Assembly (NCBI GenBank): GCA_004764695.1
Contig: SMSO01000032.1
Coordinates: forward strand, 1,488,001 to 1,552,000
From: Schizochytrium sp. TIO01
Taxonomy: Eukaryota > Protista > Bigyra: Labyrinthulomycetes
Direction: 5' to 3'
DNA length: 64,000 bases
Shown here: piece after piece, positions 60,930 through 64,000 of the stretch
How positions within the stretch are numbered: position 1 is the first letter of the stretch
Layout: every line of letters starts with the position of its first letter
Notes under the pieces: generated by a model
The model's input: only the letters and a program-made list of their open reading frames with translations
Databases searched by the model: none
Told to the model about the DNA's origin: nothing
Position numbers and translations under genes: made by a program

Positions 60930-61085
60930 ATTTTTTATTCTCAAACCTAAAGTGCTGTTGGATCTAAATCTCCTGTCGAACACTTCGCTCGCCTGCCAGC
61001 GCACACCAAAACCAATCAACAACTTACCACAAACGCCAGGCCTCATAAATAGAGTCGCTGTCGTCAAGATTAAACTTCCTTTGAA
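60930..61085 (-). pseudogene. Possible decayed GCR1_C-like (Crypton-associated) fragment
   Basis: One frame reads RKFNLDDSDSIYEAWRLW*V and an adjacent frame reads GFGVRWQASEVFDRR. It is interrupted by stops and a frameshift; the resemblance was judged by eye. Confidence 0.25.
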
Positions 61086-63910
61086 TGCTGTGTCTGTCTC
61101 ATGTTTAACCGCTCGCTTGCACTTGTAAGCCCTACACCACATACTTCTAAATATTCTCCCAGCTTATATTCAATCTACCCATGAGTAGCCGATACGAAGT
61201 CAATCACGATGGCCACCATGATATTTTCACTGTCCAACGCTACTCTGATGGCGCCGAGTGACATATTGAAACATGGACAGATCTGCCAACCTCTTAGCCT
61301 CTTTTGAATCAAAGAAAGAAGTTGGAATCAAGAGGCCTACAAGTAAACCTCATCTACTTTCTTTAATTAGGCTCATGTAGTAACTGTTATCGTACATGCA
61401 CTTGCAGTAGTAATGTCGAGGCAGTTGCTTGTTTGTAAGAATTTACACAACCCGTTAACAGGTTGCACAAGCGGACGAAATGTTTAGGCATGCCCAAAAA
61501 ATGATCCTGCCACGGTGTGCAAGCATTCAAAAAACATGAAATACACTCTTTCATGTTGTTCTTGCAAAGCAGGGCTCTTTTTAGTTTCGGTGGGATACTG
61601 GTTCACGTAGGAGAGTTTGAATTCCACGATATCGAAACTTTTTTTTTCCTTCTAGGTGGTTAAATTTCAACTATGAAAATTCGATAGAGTGTTGTCCGGT
61701 AAATTGGGTACCCTTTGCTCACATGGGCTCCTCCCTCTGCTAACTTTTCTGAAAGCCGCTGTTGTGCGGCCTTCGTGAAATAAAGATCTGGTTTTTATGA
61801 ATAAAAGTGGCTTATATGCTTCTTTGTACGTAAACTATATAAAATTTATGATGTGTGTTATGAGGTTATGAGACCCCAAAGATCTGAGCTTGTCTTTTTT
61901 TCTTCTTTTTTTTTACTTCTTCAACTTCTTCGGTGTCTAATTCATTCATTTCTAAGTACCAATGTAAACATTTAGCAACGGCAGAGATGATGATAAGTTT
62001 GTGCATGACGTCGCCATTACGGCATGAGCTGGCTTTGATTTTTGGTCCTTTGGTGCTAAATTACTATTTTTCTTTTCTTCTTCTCTTTTACAATTTACTT
62101 TATTTTTCTTTTCTTTTTTTTACCTTATTTTTTTTTTGTTAATTAAAAATGAAAATTGAAAAAGTAGGAACAACCCCAACTTTCCTCCAAGAGACGCTTG
62201 ATCTAAATCAAGTTCTCGCGATGCTCTCCGCGGATCGGGTTGGTTGTGCAAACAGGAAAACATGCAAGATATCACCCGCCTTAGTAAAGGCTAAGGCTAC
62301 TTCAATATTGCTATCCTCAATTGTGAGCAAAGTCAACCGAACTCGCACTAAAGAAAAGGGCACAGAACGGCCGGGGACTATAATAAGTTGTCTCCTCGTG
62401 CTGCGTATAATAAGTAACTAACACGCTGGGCCACCACGATTTGGATGGATGAATATTTCTTGCTGATTCTAATTTTAAACTAAGTTACTAAAAGATGTAT
62501 TTACTAATAGGTGCTTTGTCCTGGTGATCAAAGGTAGTATGCTTCTGCAACGTGGCTTTGGAGACGCCATTCTATAGTCTCATTGGCCAGAATCTTTTAA
62601 AAAATTGCATTAAAATGACGATATTAAAAATTTGCAGTAATACTACTTACCAATTGACACTGCTCATTTGGAAGTTAGATATACCCTGCCCCACAGTGAG
62701 CAACAGAATACATTTGATCTTTTGTCGTCCGAGTTTACCCAAATATCCACACCATATAGGTTTTTATGCCTATAATGTTCTAGCTGGGACAGCATTGAAG
62801 AACGCGTTCTTTACCTATTATTCTCTCTACCAGAAAGACTCACCACACAGAACTTGTGGAACTATTAGAACAAAGGCGGCTGAAGTTTAGCACGGTTGAA
62901 GAGTAAGAGTCTAAGTCGGCCCAGTGACAGAATTGGCTTGAGTTTTTATTCAAGCTGAGATACCTCAAGTCGTTCGTGCCTCTGACTGTTAAGAGCGGAG
63001 GTAACTTGGTTGCCTTCTCTACTACTAAACCAGAGCCTGCATTCAGCGGTGAGTCAGAGGTAACTGGAAAATCTCTCAAGCTTGGGTTGAAACTCAAGCC
63101 AAAATAACCACTCATGTGTATGGTGCATCTAGCTTAGCGGCCTACTGAAACATCAGCTTTAACTTCAACCTCGATGCGCTGCGAGTTCGAGTTCTGTATG
63201 CAAATTCACAAAGTACACCGGTATCTAAGGGAAAGAGTTCTGCACTCCCGGTTAAAATCGTTTTTAGAACCAGGGCAGAGCCACAACAATGCTCAAGGAA
63301 GGGGGGGGGGGGTGCGCTATCTTTCTTTCTCTCTTTCTTTCTTTCTTTCTTTCTATGCTGATGGGTTCTTTTGAGTTTGGTCAACTTGAAGAGACAGGGC
63401 ATGTAGGAGCTATCTAGGCAGGCCAGAACCTACTTTGTTCGCCCTGAGTGAGAGACTAGTTTGAAAAAATCCTAAGTCGAAAGGTGGTTTCAGGAGGCAT
63501 TGCCTCTACCTACCTGCTAGGTATTAACTAGGTGCGAGAGTGTTTTTTGGTCGCCGTGATAGAGAAAGGACAGAAGAGAACAGAACAGGACAAAAGAGGA
63601 GAGAACAGAAGGGAAGACTTCTGACCCAGGAAGTGAGTGAAGTGAGGCCGCCCACCTTTTCCTGCCCTTTGTGGCCAAGGCCCACGCCGATCCTTGGAGA
63701 GCGGCATATCCACGAAGCTGCTGTAAGCACGCACGCTCAGGGTGGAGGCGTCCCCGCAAATCAGACAGAGGCACGAAGGAACCAGAGAGGGCGGACGGCT
63801 TTCTTGGACAGTCACGGTTGGCAAGATGTCTAAGGTAGATCGATCTATCTATGCGTCAGTCAGTCAGTTCTCTGTTCCTCGTCACGCTAAGGACACTCAC
63901 TGCCTATGCC

Positions 63911-64000
63911 CACTACTACTACTCCTACTACTCCTACTACTCCTACTCCTACTATTGCAACTAATACTACTAATAGCAATAGTAATAGTAATAGTAATAG
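63911..64000. repeat. Low-complexity TAC/TCC then TAA/TAG trinucleotide tract
   Basis: tactactac...tcctactac...aatagtaatagtaatag at the window end. Confidence 0.85.

Overview
Eukaryotic nuclear DNA of about 45% GC by eye. It is gene-dense and intron-poor, with short GT-AG introns carrying (TA)CTRAC-like branch points and microsatellite-rich spacers. Gene content and style suggest a heterotrophic stramenopile, most likely a thraustochytrid (Aurantiochytrium/Schizochytrium-like); that assignment is inference. I support 17 protein-coding genes in 1-56 kb: a partial multi-C2-like/EF-hand gene missing from the ORF track, an RLPH-type phosphatase, a spliced hypothetical gene, an RDH-like SDR, an F-box-like/repeat/UBA-like protein, LEO1, two tandem Cys-rich type I membrane paralogues, a P5-like PDI with KDEL, mitochondrial ACP, HBS1, Tim13, condensin II CAP-D3, an ABCG half-transporter, an acyl-CoA dehydrogenase, MAEA/Gid9 and two hypothetical proteins. 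Five gene models were corrected by reading splice sites directly. The last ~8 kb has no intact gene, only microsatellites and possible decayed fragments (TPR-like, GCR1_C/Crypton-like). I found no rRNA, tRNA, CRISPR array or intact mobile element, and no clear multi-gene novel system. The best novelty candidates are single proteins: (1) a putative Ig-fold DNA-binding domain fused to a FABP/calycin-like domain, possibly a lipid-sensing transcription factor; (2) the F-box-like + helical repeat + triple UBA-like protein; (3) a plant-type RLPH phosphatase with an altered catalytic motif; (4) the tandem variable surface receptors. All domain calls come from recognising motifs by eye, not from database searches.
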